The notes under the pieces are model-generated. The model searched no databases, was not told the DNA's origin, and saw only the letters and a program-made list of their open reading frames with translations. 64,000 nt of DNA from Candidatus Moranbacteria bacterium GW2011_GWC2_40_12 (lineage in GTDB: Bacteria > Patescibacteriota > Minisyncoccia > Moranbacterales > UBA11712), in assembly GCA_000995965.1 (NCBI GenBank), contig LBYD01000002.1, positions 199,889 through 263,888 on the forward strand, read 5' to 3'. This document shows positions 25,776 through 35,124 of this stretch, piece after piece. Numbering within the stretch: position 1 is the stretch's first letter; each line of letters starts with the position of its first letter. The translations under genes were made by a program, and so were the position numbers.

Positions 25776-28208
25776 GTGGAGATTGGCTACATAAAACCTC
25801 GTGAAATTACGTCCGAGATGAAAGAGTCTTATCTTGCCTATGCGATGAGCGTCATCGTGTCGCGGGCGCTTCCGGATGTCAGGGACGGGATGAAGCCGGT
25901 TCATCGCCGGATACTTTTTGCAATGCGCGAACTCGGCCTCACGCACTCGGCTAAATACAGAAAATCGGCGACGGTAGTCGGGGAGGTGCTTGGAAAATAC
26001 CACCCGCATGGAGACACAGCCGTTTACGACTCGATGGTGCGGCTCGCCCAGGATTTCTCAATGCGCTATCCCCTTGTCGACGGGCAGGGAAATTTCGGTT
26101 CGATGGACGGCGACAATGCGGCGGCGATGAGATACACGGAAGCGAAGCTCACGTCCCTTGCCGAAGAAATGATGGCCGATATTGAAAAAGACACGGTTGA
26201 TTTTGTTCCAAACTACGACGCGTCGCGAAAAGAGCCCTCCGTTCTTCCGGCCAAAGCGCCTCAATTGCTTCTCAATGGAACGATGGGAATCGCAGTCGGA
26301 ATGGCGACGAATATTCCTCCGCACAATCTTGGTGAATTGGTTGATGGGATTGCCCATATTATCGAAAATCCGGATTGCGAAGTGAAAGATCTCGTGAAAT
26401 TTGTGAAAGGCCCCGATTTTCCGACCGGCGGGACAATATACAACCAGTCGGATATCAATCAGGCTTATCTCACCGGACGGGGAAGTATTGTCACCCGGGC
26501 CGAAGCGGAAATCGTGGAAACGAAAAACGGGCAATTTCAAATTATTGTGACGGAGATGACTTATGCCTCCAACAAGGCGACGACAATCACAAAGATTGCC
26601 GAACTCGTGAAGACGGGAAAACTGGAGGGCATCCGGGATATCCGTGACGAATCCGACAAGGACGGGGTGCGGATCGTGATAGAACTCAAAAAAGAGGCTT
26701 TCCCGAAGAAAATTCTCAACAAACTCTATACTCTCACTGACCTTCAAAAATCGTTTCACGTGAATATGCTGGCGCTGGTGGACGGAATCGAGCCCAAGAT
26801 CCTGAATCTCAAAGCCGCTTTGGAACATTTTATCGAACATAGAAAAGTTGTTGTCACCCGCCGCACGAAATTTGACCTTGAAAAAGCAAAAGACAGGGCT
26901 CATATTCTCGAAGGCCTCAAGAAAGCGCTCGACCGCATTGACGCGGTCATAAGCGTAATCAGAAAATCGGCCACGAAAGAAATTGCCCACCAGAATTTGA
27001 TGAAGCGCTTCAAATTGTCGGACAAGCAGTCAGCGGCGATTCTTGAGATGAGGCTTCAGACGCTGGCGGGCCTTGAGCGAAAAAAAATCGAAGATGAGCT
27101 CAAAGAAAAAAAGAGGCTGATTGCCGAACTCGAAGATCTCCTCAAGAGTCCCAAGAAAATATTGGGTGTAATTAAAAAAGAACTCCAGGATCTCAAAGAA
27201 AAATACGGAGATGAGCGGAAAACGAGGGTGGTGAAATCGGCAGTGGGCGAATTCAAGCAGGAAGATCTGATACCCAACGAAGAAACGATCATCGTGCTGA
27301 CAGAGGATGACTATGTCAAGCGGATGCCGCCTTCGCTCTATCGTGTCCAAAAGCGGGGCGGAAAGGGCGTGATAGGCGCGACGACTAAGGAAGGCGACAC
27401 GATTGATAAGGTCGTCTCTGCAATGACGCATGACGATCTGTTCTTCTTCACGAACAGCGGAAAAGTCTTTCAATCAAAAGCTTATGAAATTCCGGTCTCA
27501 TCGAGAACTGCCAAAGGGCAGGCCATTGTGAATTTTCTTCAGGTCGCTCCGGGCGAAAATATAACGGCTATTATTTCGACAGGAAGAGACAGTGAAGCCA
27601 AATATCTTTTTATGGCCACAAAATCCGGAACCGTCAAAAAATCGGCCATTTCTGATTTTGAAAAGGTGCGCCGAAGCGGCCTGATCGCGATAAATCTGCC
27701 CAAGGACGATGAATTGCGTTGGATTTCTCCCACGACCGGGAAAGACGAGGTGATCATCACAACTTCCGGCGGACAAGCCATTCATTTCAAAGAAACTGAC
27801 GTTCGCCCGATGGGGCGCGGCGCAGCCGGGGTGCGAGGAATCAGGCTGAAAAAGGACGACGAAGTGGTTGGAATGGACGTTGTTCTGAAAAATCAAAAGG
27901 GAAATCAGCTTTTAGTTTTTGCTCAAAACGGATTTGGAAAAAGGTCGGACCTAAAGGGATACAAGATTCAAAAACGCGGTGGCAGCGGAATCAAGACGGC
28001 CAAGGTTACATCCAAAACCGGAAAACTTGTTTCGGCGCATATCGTGAACACGGACAATCTTGAAACGGATCTGATTTGCTCGAGCGCAAAAGGACAAATT
28101 ATACGCGTGCCTTTGAAAAGTGTTCCGGCTCTTGGCCGGGCGACACAAGGAGTCAGGGTAATGCGTTTCAACGCCGACGACAAGATAGCCGCAACTGCGG
28201 TCTTATAA
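25776..28208 (+). CDS. gyrA: DNA gyrase subunit A
   Basis: 810 aa; [10 protein letters not shown] active-site Tyr region and C-terminal beta-pinwheel repeats. Confidence 0.95.
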   Translation: MEIGYIKPREITSEMKESYLAYAMSVIVSRALPDVRDGMKPVHRRILFAMRELGLTHSAKYRKSATVVGEVLGKYHPHGDTAVYDSMVRLAQDFSMRYPLVDGQGNFGSMDGDNAAAMRYTEAKLTSLAEEMMADIEKDTVDFVPNYDASRKEPSVLPAKAPQLLLNGTMGIAVGMATNIPPHNLGELVDGIAHIIENPDCEVKDLVKFVKGPDFPTGGTIYNQSDINQAYLTGRGSIVTRAEAEIVETKNGQFQIIVTEMTYASNKATTITKIAELVKTGKLEGIRDIRDESDKDGVRIVIELKKEAFPKKILNKLYTLTDLQKSFHVNMLALVDGIEPKILNLKAALEHFIEHRKVVVTRRTKFDLEKAKDRAHILEGLKKALDRIDAVISVIRKSATKEIAHQNLMKRFKLSDKQSAAILEMRLQTLAGLERKKIEDELKEKKRLIAELEDLLKSPKKILGVIKKELQDLKEKYGDERKTRVVKSAVGEFKQEDLIPNEETIIVLTEDDYVKRMPPSLYRVQKRGGKGVIGATTKEGDTIDKVVSAMTHDDLFFFTNSGKVFQSKAYEIPVSSRTAKGQAIVNFLQVAPGENITAIISTGRDSEAKYLFMATKSGTVKKSAISDFEKVRRSGLIAINLPKDDELRWISPTTGKDEVIITTSGGQAIHFKETDVRPMGRGAAGVRGIRLKKDDEVVGMDVVLKNQKGNQLLVFAQNGFGKRSDLKGYKIQKRGGSGIKTAKVTSKTGKLVSAHIVNTDNLETDLICSSAKGQIIRVPLKSVPALGRATQGVRVMRFNADDKIAATAVL

Positions 28209-28362
28209 CCTGTAGTTTAAAATTGATAAAATGCGCTCAAAGCCCTCACCTTCCGAAAAGTGAGGGCTTTTGGCATGTTGTTGGATTATTCTAAATAGTG
28301 TAAAATTATATCGAGGGAAAAACTTGCGGTATACGCCATTTGTTGCGAGCCGTATTCATTAT

Positions 28363-29838
28363 ATGAAAAAGAAAAACAAAAAATATCTTGAAAATAAAAT
28401 TATAATTCTTTTTTTTGCTGTGTTTATTGCGCTGACGCTTTCCGGATGCGGCGCTCCGAAGGAAACTAGCTATAAAGTTGACCTTGAAATTTGGGGGCTT
28501 TTTGACGATTCGGATGCGTTTTCAAAAGCAATCCAAGAATACAAAAAAAGAAACAGCAGGGTAGGCGCGATTACCTATAAAAAAATGCCGGTTGATTCCT
28601 ATGAAAATGACCTTCGGGACGCTTTGGCGATCGGGAAAGGGCCGGATATCTTTCTTATCCATCACACCTGGCTGGCAAAGCATCTCGACAAACTTGAGCC
28701 TGCGCCACTGGAAATGGGAACCGGCAATGGCGAAAAGGCTGTCTTCATCACGCCAAGAAAAGTCCAGGAATATTTTGCGGATGTTGTCCAGAAAGATTTC
28801 GTGAACGGCTCAAATGTTTATGCGCTGCCCCTCTCGGTCGATTCTTTGGCTCTTTATTATAATAAAGATATTCTCAATCAGGCGGGGATTTCACGTCCTC
28901 CAAAAACGTGGGAAGAATTTGACAGTGATGTCCAGAAAATCACCAAGATTGACTCATTTGGGAACATCATTCTTGCCGGAGCGGCGATGGGAGTCTCCAG
29001 CGACCGTCCCGAAAATCTCGGCGGCGGAAAAATCAACCGGGCTACCGACATCTTGACGCTTCTTATGATGCAGGCAGGAACCGAAATGTTTGATTCCGAG
29101 AGAAAAATGGCCAAGTTTTCCGAATTCTCTTCTTCTGATACCGGAAAAGACAAATTTCCCGGACAAATGGCGCTTGAATACTACACGAAATTTTCAAATC
29201 TCAATTCAAGCCAATATACTTGGAATGCGCAAATGCATAATTCGATTGATGCTTTCGTAGAAGGAAAGACAGCTATGACAATCAACTATTCTTGGCTTAT
29301 TCCGCGAATCCAAGACAAAGCTCCGAAGCTCAATTTTGGCATTGCCCCAGTTCCTCAAAATAAGGATCAAAACAATAAAGGAATCAACGCTAACTTTGCC
29401 AATTATTGGGGCTTGGCAGTTTCAAAAAGCAAGATTATGGCAACTGACGAGGGGCAACCAGCCACGGCGACAAATGAACAGAGGATCACCGAAGCCTGGA
29501 GGTTTCTTGCTTATCTCACGATGGGTTCTGAAGAAATTTCTCCTTTTATCGGAGCAGCATCCAGTGAAGTGGCTGGATACAATCCAGCGGAGGAATATGC
29601 CGAAAAACAAAGAAAGCCCGCAGCGCGGCGGGACCTTATTGAAAAGCAGAAAGAAGATTTGCTTCTCTCGCCTTTTGCCCAAGGGAACCTCATTGCCCGT
29701 TCCTGGCCGGAACCGGACAATCTGGCGGTGGAGAAAATATTTGATGAGATGATTGACGATGTGGTTCTCCGGAATGAAAAATCAGGTGAAGTCATCCGCC
29801 AAGCCCAAAATAGCGTCAATCTGCTGATAAAGAGATAA
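28363..29838 (+). CDS. ABC-transporter-type extracellular solute-binding lipoprotein (family 1, sugar-type); no permease or ATPase adjacent
   Basis: Start chosen at MKKKNKKYLENKIIILFFAVFIALTLSGCG (lipobox LSGC); SBP_bac_1-like sequence; stop overlaps the start of the next gene (taATGtcc). Confidence 0.7.
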   Translation: MKKKNKKYLENKIIILFFAVFIALTLSGCGAPKETSYKVDLEIWGLFDDSDAFSKAIQEYKKRNSRVGAITYKKMPVDSYENDLRDALAIGKGPDIFLIHHTWLAKHLDKLEPAPLEMGTGNGEKAVFITPRKVQEYFADVVQKDFVNGSNVYALPLSVDSLALYYNKDILNQAGISRPPKTWEEFDSDVQKITKIDSFGNIILAGAAMGVSSDRPENLGGGKINRATDILTLLMMQAGTEMFDSERKMAKFSEFSSSDTGKDKFPGQMALEYYTKFSNLNSSQYTWNAQMHNSIDAFVEGKTAMTINYSWLIPRIQDKAPKLNFGIAPVPQNKDQNNKGINANFANYWGLAVSKSKIMATDEGQPATATNEQRITEAWRFLAYLTMGSEEISPFIGAASSEVAGYNPAEEYAEKQRKPAARRDLIEKQKEDLLLSPFAQGNLIARSWPEPDNLAVEKIFDEMIDDVVLRNEKSGEVIRQAQNSVNLLIKR

Positions 29839-30518
29839 TGTCCCAAGTTACAAAAATTATAAAGGAAAATAAAATTTTGATGAAAACGATATATTTTACA
29901 GGAAAGAAATATATTATCGGATTATTTTTGATTGTCTTGTTTATCCTTAGTGCAAAAATATCTGAAGCGGCTTATTTAACAAACGCTCAGTGTGCTGCAC
30001 AGGGAGGAAGATGTAATTGGGTTTCAAATATTTGCTCATCTGACGAGACACTGGTGGGTCTCTGTGAAGGAGGAGCTTTTTCACAGGGAGCCTGTTGTAA
30101 ACCAAACACAACCCCATCACCTACCCCATCACCTACCCCATCACCTACCCCATCACCTACCCCATCACCTACCCCATCACCTACCCCAATATCAACAGCA
30201 GATACTAGCGGATCACTTGTCCCCTGCACCAATAATTGCACACTTTGCGACATTATCGTCGGCCTCAACAGAATTTTCAAATATCTGGGCACTCTTTTGG
30301 TCATTGTTGCGATTCTTTTCATCATAATTGCCGGAATTGCCTATATGGTTTCGGGCGGAAGCAAGAATTTGACTGAATGGGCGAAAAAAGCGCTGATGTA
30401 CGCTCTGGTCGGTTTTGTAATATATCTCGCTTCCTGGATGATTGTTGGTTCGATTCTTTCAGCTATGGGATACAACAGAACTGGCTGGTCGACATTTGAT
30501 TGCGAAAGCGGATCTTAG
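29838..30518 (+). CDS. secreted protein: signal peptide, Cys-rich domain, (PTPS)n linker, T4SS-pilin-like (TrbC/VirB2-type, PF18895-like) two-TM domain
   Basis: 226 aa; CAAQGGRCNWVSNICSSDETLVGLCEGGAFSQGACC, then PSPTPSPTPS..., then LVPCTNNCTLCDIIVGLNRIFKYLG plus two TM helices; an alternative start is MKTIYF at 29880. Confidence 0.7.
   Translation: MSQVTKIIKENKILMKTIYFTGKKYIIGLFLIVLFILSAKISEAAYLTNAQCAAQGGRCNWVSNICSSDETLVGLCEGGAFSQGACCKPNTTPSPTPSPTPSPTPSPTPSPTPSPTPISTADTSGSLVPCTNNCTLCDIIVGLNRIFKYLGTLLVIVAILFIIIAGIAYMVSGGSKNLTEWAKKALMYALVGFVIYLASWMIVGSILSAMGYNRTGWSTFDCESGS
30111..30190 (+). repeat. 12-bp tandem repeat (cccatcacctac x ~6) encoding the PSPT linker
   Basis: Direct perfect tandem copies within a CDS; a degenerate copy lies at 30976-31020 in the next gene. 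Confidence 0.8.
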
Positions 30519-30535
30519 CCGAAAAAAAACAAAAA

Positions 30536-31621
30536 ATGAAAAAGTCATATTTTCAACCCGTTATCGTTTTCACGATTGTTCTTTTGACAATAATATTTTT
30601 TTTGCAAATCGCAATTTTATCCCCGGCCGTGCTTGCCGATGACGACAGCACCGGAGGACTGGTTCCCTGCAACAACAAATGCACCCTTTGCCATATTCTG
30701 ATCGGTCTTCAAAACATATTCAAATATCTCATTGGCCTGCTTTTTGTCGCTACGATGTTTTTTGTCACCTTAAATGGCGCGCTGATGATGGTTTCAGCCG
30801 GAAGCAAGAAGATTATCGGCCAGGTAAAAACCGCTCTTGGCTACTGCCTGAAAGGTTTCCTCCTTTTTCTTATCTGCTGGGTTATTGTCACGGGTATCAT
30901 GAAAACACTGGGCTACAGGCAACTCAACAATTGGTGGCAGTTTGAATGTGACACGACTCAAGCAGAACCACCGGTATCACCTACCCCATCACCAACCCCG
31001 TCACCGACCCCAACTCCTACAAATAAATCATGCAAAGACATTGGCGGTATCTGTCGAATTTGGCATCCTTCGATGGAGGGGCAATCGAAGTGCGAGGAAG
31101 GAGAGCAGCCCCGAGAAGATTACAAGTGCCCAAATTCGGGAGAAATTTGCTGTATCACAAAGGCAATCTGGAATTGTGCCGACGCTGCGGCCGCGGCTCG
31201 AGAAGTAATTAATAATTATATGAAACTAGTAAACAGTGGCCAGCAATATGGTGCTAAGTTACCAGGCGATATAATAAAGGAAACTGCAAACTGTGGTTCA
31301 TCGTGCAATTGGTCTTGGCAGTCTGCCGGTCTGCCGGATTTCTGGAGTCTGAAACGGAGTGAATGGGACGGAAACCCAAATTCTTTGCAGCCGGGCGACA
31401 TTTGCTTACTAGTTTCGAATGATCCTAACGCACAAGGTGACGCTAAATATCCGCATGCGTTTATGATTTTGGATCAAAATGGCATGACAACTATGGCAAG
31501 CCCTAAAATCAATATCACATATAGTAAGGATGGGTTAAACTATAATATTAATCGACTAAAACCAGAAAATTTACATATTGAAGTAGTTCGTATTTCAGAC
31601 GTGGTTTGCAAGAACAAATAG
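30536..31621 (+). CDS. secreted fusion protein: T4SS-pilin-like domain, PT linker, Cys-rich domain, C-terminal putative papain-like (CHAP/NlpC-P60-like) cysteine peptidase domain
   Basis: Start chosen at MKKSYFQPVIVFTIVLL; LVPCNNKCTLCHILIGLQNIFKYL pilin core; CKDIGGICRIW...CEEGEQPREDYKCPNSGEICC; C-terminal domain with candidate catalytic Cys (ANCGSSCNWSW) and His (PHAFMIL). Confidence 0.6.
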   Translation: MKKSYFQPVIVFTIVLLTIIFFLQIAILSPAVLADDDSTGGLVPCNNKCTLCHILIGLQNIFKYLIGLLFVATMFFVTLNGALMMVSAGSKKIIGQVKTALGYCLKGFLLFLICWVIVTGIMKTLGYRQLNNWWQFECDTTQAEPPVSPTPSPTPSPTPTPTNKSCKDIGGICRIWHPSMEGQSKCEEGEQPREDYKCPNSGEICCITKAIWNCADAAAAAREVINNYMKLVNSGQQYGAKLPGDIIKETANCGSSCNWSWQSAGLPDFWSLKRSEWDGNPNSLQPGDICLLVSNDPNAQGDAKYPHAFMILDQNGMTTMASPKINITYSKDGLNYNINRLKPENLHIEVVRISDVVCKNK

Positions 31622-31641
31622 AATTAAGGTGGAATAAACTC

Positions 31642-32379
31642 ATGTCTCTCAAAAAAATTTTTATTGCTACCGGAATTGTTATAATCATCGCCGTTTCGGT
31701 GATTTGGCTCTATCTCTCGTCCCAAAAAGAGGAAAATATTTCCCCAGAGCCAACGCAAAACGAGGAGAGTGCTGTTCCGGCCGCTCTTCCCTCTGGAACA
31801 GAATCTTCTGGAAATTTGGAAAATGTCGAAAAAGCGCGAAAAATATTTGAAAATCTCATTCAGGAAAAGATTTCCGACAAAACAAAAAAAGACGGATCAA
31901 AAAAAGTTGATTTCAGGGATCAAAAAGGGAATCTGATCCCCCTTTCGGATTTCGAAAATGCGCTTGGCGTCGAAATATACCCTAAACTTAAGGAATATTT
32001 GAACAATGGATATCAAGTATTTTATTGCCCTGGAGCGGACGGGGAAAAAACATTCGGTGTTTATCTGGAGTATAATCAAGAAAAAGTTTATAAGGGGTTC
32101 ACTTATGATGTTTTGGATATGATGAAAGGTTGGGAAAATTCAATTTTCCCCAATTTTCACACAGTTTTGTTTCCCGATTTTGATTTCAATAAAGACAGCT
32201 TGAATCAAAAAATCGAGTTTCGAGATGGAAAATACAGATATGCCGAAGTAAATTTTCCCGACGGAAAAAAGAGCTCCATTCAATACGATGCTGTTGAATC
32301 TGGAATTATTATCGCCGCTTCCTCCTCTTGTCTCGACAATGTGCATCAATATTATGAACCCATATTGCCGCAGCCATAA
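31642..32379 (+). CDS. hypothetical N-terminally membrane-anchored protein
   Basis: Start chosen at MSLKKIFIATGIVIIIAVSVIW (TM anchor); no recognisable domain. Confidence 0.5.
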   Translation: MSLKKIFIATGIVIIIAVSVIWLYLSSQKEENISPEPTQNEESAVPAALPSGTESSGNLENVEKARKIFENLIQEKISDKTKKDGSKKVDFRDQKGNLIPLSDFENALGVEIYPKLKEYLNNGYQVFYCPGADGEKTFGVYLEYNQEKVYKGFTYDVLDMMKGWENSIFPNFHTVLFPDFDFNKDSLNQKIEFRDGKYRYAEVNFPDGKKSSIQYDAVESGIIIAASSSCLDNVHQYYEPILPQP

Positions 32380-32400
32380 TCATAATTTTTTTACAAAACA

Positions 32401-32985
32401 ATGAAAAAAATCATACTCCCCCTCGTTATTCTCTTGGCAATATTTTTTCTTCAAGCCAGGCCGGCATTTGCCGCCTCCATTGATTTCACAAACCCTTTGA
32501 CTGCCACCGATCTCAAGACCGTTTTGACGAATATCATGACATACCTCAGAAACATTGCCGGATCAATCGCCCTCCTTTTTATCGTTATCGGCGGGATTAT
32601 GTATATTGTCTCAACCGGCGACAAGGATAGAATGGAGCGCGCGAAAAACACTCTCATTTACGCCCTTGCCGGGTTTGCCATCGTATTAGCCGCATCTACT
32701 TTCACCTCCGAAATTCAGACGGCTCTCGGAGAGAGCGTGACATCCACCGGCGGACCCACTCTAGCGCAGATTATCCTCAATGTTTTGAGACTCCTTTTGT
32801 CAATCGTGGGATCTCTTGCTATAATAAGCATAGTGATCGGCGCCATTTGGATGTTCTCCGCCGGGGGAGATAAAGAAAGGTATGAGCTCGGGAAAAAAAC
32901 TGTGATCTATTCAATAGTCGGCGTGACGGTCGTTTTGATTTCCGTAATCGTCCTCAACCAAATCAAGACATTGATTGGCGGATAA
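32401..32985 (+). CDS. tandem-duplicated T4SS-pilin-like (PF18895-like) protein, two pilin modules
   Basis: 194 aa; signal peptide; two repeats of the pattern [amphipathic helix]-TM-SxGD/GGDKER-AK.T.IY-TM. Confidence 0.7.
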   Translation: MKKIILPLVILLAIFFLQARPAFAASIDFTNPLTATDLKTVLTNIMTYLRNIAGSIALLFIVIGGIMYIVSTGDKDRMERAKNTLIYALAGFAIVLAASTFTSEIQTALGESVTSTGGPTLAQIILNVLRLLLSIVGSLAIISIVIGAIWMFSAGGDKERYELGKKTVIYSIVGVTVVLISVIVLNQIKTLIGG

Positions 32986-33035
32986 AAACCCGAAAAAAAA
33001 TAATTTCGATGAAATTTGTGAGAGGAGGTGAATAA

Positions 33036-33392
33036 ATGAAAAAGAAAATACAATCTGTTGTGAGAAAAGTTTGGGCGGTGGCCTTTCTGTTTCCGCTGGT
33101 GGCATCGGCTCAATTTACAAAGCCCGGGAATACTGGTTTGCCTACTGGAACAATTTTCAACATTATCAAAGGTATTATGAACTGGCTTTTGGGAATTCTG
33201 GGGTTTGTGGCCGTTATTGGTTTTGTCGTAAGCGGAATCATGTTTCTTATTGCAGCTGGTGATGAAGACCGCCAAAAAACCGCCAAAAAAGCCATGTTTT
33301 ATTCAATTACGGGTGTCATTGTGGGCTTGGTTGGTTATGTAGCCTTGTTGGCGATTGAGGCAATGTTGAACGCGTCATCCGCGACATTCTGA
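33036..33392 (+). CDS. T4SS-pilin-like (PF18895-like) protein
   Basis: 118 aa; signal peptide (AVAFLFPLVASAQ); IIKGIMNWLLGILGFVAVIGFVVSGIMFLIAAGDEDRQKTAKKAMFYSITGVIVGLVGY. Confidence 0.7.
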   Translation: MKKKIQSVVRKVWAVAFLFPLVASAQFTKPGNTGLPTGTIFNIIKGIMNWLLGILGFVAVIGFVVSGIMFLIAAGDEDRQKTAKKAMFYSITGVIVGLVGYVALLAIEAMLNASSATF

Positions 33393-33532
33393 CCAGATAA
33401 ATATTTCTGAAAAGGTTTCCTTTGCGGCTTCGTTTCCAATGGAGCCGCTTTTTATTTGGATTGTATATTGCATAGTCTTCCTCGAAAAGCTATAATAAGC
33501 TCGGCGAGAAAAATAATTATTTTGAGACAAAA

Positions 33533-33931
33533 ATGAAAAAGACAATATGTTGCTATCTCACAACGACTAGAAATAAAAAGAAAATATTTATCGAAATATT
33601 TTTTGCTGTTTTCTTTTTAGTTATTTTTCTTCCAGGAGCGATTTTTGCTCAAGGTGTGCCCATTCCATCCGAGAGCCTGCCCGCGGGCAGTGATTTGAAA
33701 ACGGTGGTTGAGAATTTCATGAAGTGGCTTCTTGGCATCTTTGGTTTTTTGGCAATTATCGCTTTTATCGTAAGTGGAATAATGTATCTTACTTCTGGCG
33801 GTGACAAGGAGAGAGCGGAAACAGCTAAAAAAGCCATGAATTATTCCGTCATAGGGGTAATTGCAGGTTTATCGGGATATCTGATTATCCAAGCCATTGA
33901 AAGCTGGCTCGGTGGTTCTACTACTTTTTAG
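33533..33931 (+). CDS. T4SS-pilin-like (PF18895-like) protein
   Basis: 132 aa; signal peptide; MKWLLGIFGFLAIIAFIVSGIMYLTSGGDKERAETAKKAMNYSVIGVIAGLSGY. Confidence 0.7.
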   Translation: MKKTICCYLTTTRNKKKIFIEIFFAVFFLVIFLPGAIFAQGVPIPSESLPAGSDLKTVVENFMKWLLGIFGFLAIIAFIVSGIMYLTSGGDKERAETAKKAMNYSVIGVIAGLSGYLIIQAIESWLGGSTTF

Positions 33932-34072
33932 CCACAGCGCAGGCAATGCTTGTTTTTAAATTTCTCTGCGCGAAACTTTTCGCTCCGCGCTTTTTTATGG
34001 CTTGATTATATAATGAGCAGGAGTTATTATAATAAATGCTTCTGGAATGGCAGATTCACCCCGCACCATTTT

Positions 34073-34154
34073 GGGTGAGTGGCGAAATTGGCATACGCAC
34101 TAGCCTTAGGAGCTAGCGGGGCGACCCATGGAGGTTCGAGTCCTCTCTCACCCA
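34073..34154 (+). tRNA. tRNA-Leu (anticodon TAG), class II with long variable arm
   Basis: acceptor gggtgag/ctcaccc, 3-bp D-stem, anticodon arm ctagc-ctTAGga-gctag, variable arm gggg-cga-ccc, T-arm ggagg-ttcgagt-cctct. Confidence 0.8.
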
Positions 34155-34214
34155 AAAAATTAGATCAAAAAATGGTGCGGGGCACACCAGCCCCCGCACT
34201 AAATTGCTCCGCAA

Positions 34215-34272
34215 TTAGTGCGGGGTAAACTTAGGAGCTAGCGCCGCAAGGCATGAGGGTTCAACTCCCTCC
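34215..34272 (+). pseudogene. tRNA-Leu 3'-half-like element (anticodon loop to acceptor 3' strand); no cognate 5' half found
   Basis: cttaggagctag + gcc-gcaa-ggc variable arm + gaggg-ttcaact-ccctc T-arm + cctgccca; compensatory changes relative to tRNA-Leu(TAG); preceded by gtgcgggg. Confidence 0.4.
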
Positions 34273-34364
34273 CTGCCCACAAGATATTTCAAATGGAGGT
34301 TTTTACCCCGACTTTACGTCGGGGCAAGTCCCTGCCTGCCGGCAGGCAGGCTCTCCCCGGCACA

Positions 34365-35072
34365 ATGCTCAAAATTATTTTTCAAAACAAAGGTTATATT
34401 GTCGTCAACAAGCCAGCGGGGCTGGCTGTTCACTCCGGCGTGGGGATCAAAGAAAAAACTCTGGTTGATTTTTTAGTCGACAAATTTCCCGAAATCAAAA
34501 ATGTTGGCGATGAGCCGGAAATGAGGCCGGGAATTGTTCACCGCCTCGACAAAGATACTTCCGGCGTGATGGTTGTGGCGCGAAATCAGAAAACTTTTGA
34601 ATATCTCAAAAACCTTTTCAAAAAGCGCGAAGTCGAAAAAAAATATCTGGCATTGGTTTATGGGGAGCTGAAAAACAAGGAAGGAAAAATTGAAGGAGAA
34701 ATGGGCCGGTCAAAAAGGGACTTCCGGAAACAATCTTTCGTAAGAGGAAAAGTCGAAGTCAGAAAAGAAAGGTATTCCCTGACGCATTATATGGTTATTA
34801 AAGAATTTGGGAATTATTCCCTTCTTGAAGTATCCCCGAAAACTGGCCGGACGCACCAAATCCGGGTCCATCTTCATTCTATTGGCCATCCAGTCGTGGG
34901 AGATAGAAAATATTCTTTCAAAGAATATAAGCGCCAAAAATGCGCTCGGATGTTCCTCCACGCAAATGAAATAGTATTTGTTGGCCAGGAAGGGAAAAAA
35001 ATGAGATTTGTTTCTCCCGCGCCAAAAGAAATGAAAGAGCATCTAGGCGGGGTTGACTGCGGAGGAAAATAA
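34365..35072 (+). CDS. RluA-family pseudouridine synthase
   Basis: Start chosen at MLKIIFQNKGYIVVNKPAG; HRLDKDTSGVMVVA catalytic Asp motif; the ORF extends upstream to 34293 across a palindromic repeat. Confidence 0.8.
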   Translation: MLKIIFQNKGYIVVNKPAGLAVHSGVGIKEKTLVDFLVDKFPEIKNVGDEPEMRPGIVHRLDKDTSGVMVVARNQKTFEYLKNLFKKREVEKKYLALVYGELKNKEGKIEGEMGRSKRDFRKQSFVRGKVEVRKERYSLTHYMVIKEFGNYSLLEVSPKTGRTHQIRVHLHSIGHPVVGDRKYSFKEYKRQKCARMFLHANEIVFVGQEGKKMRFVSPAPKEMKEHLGGVDCGGK

Positions 35073-35124
35073 TTATATGATATACTGGCTTGTAAGAAGC
35101 GGTTTTTTTATTTAATCTAATACT

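Noticed and set aside
28270-28362. Upstream extension of the solute-binding protein ORF (MACCWIILNSVKLYRGKNLRYTPFVASRIHY)
   Set aside because: The extension lacks signal-peptide character, whereas the internal Met begins a textbook lipoprotein signal (LSGC lipobox); the start was moved to 28363.
30111-30190. Regular 12-bp tandem repeats, considered as a possible CRISPR-like array
   Set aside because: Units are contiguous with no spacers, in-frame, and encode a PSPT linker; a coding microsatellite, not CRISPR.
34155-34272. Attempt to call a second complete tRNA-Leu downstream of tRNA-Leu(TAG)
   Set aside because: Only anticodon loop, 3' stem, variable arm, T-arm and acceptor 3' strand are present. 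No 5' acceptor (gggcagg) or D-arm could be found nearby, so it is listed only as a 3'-half-like element.
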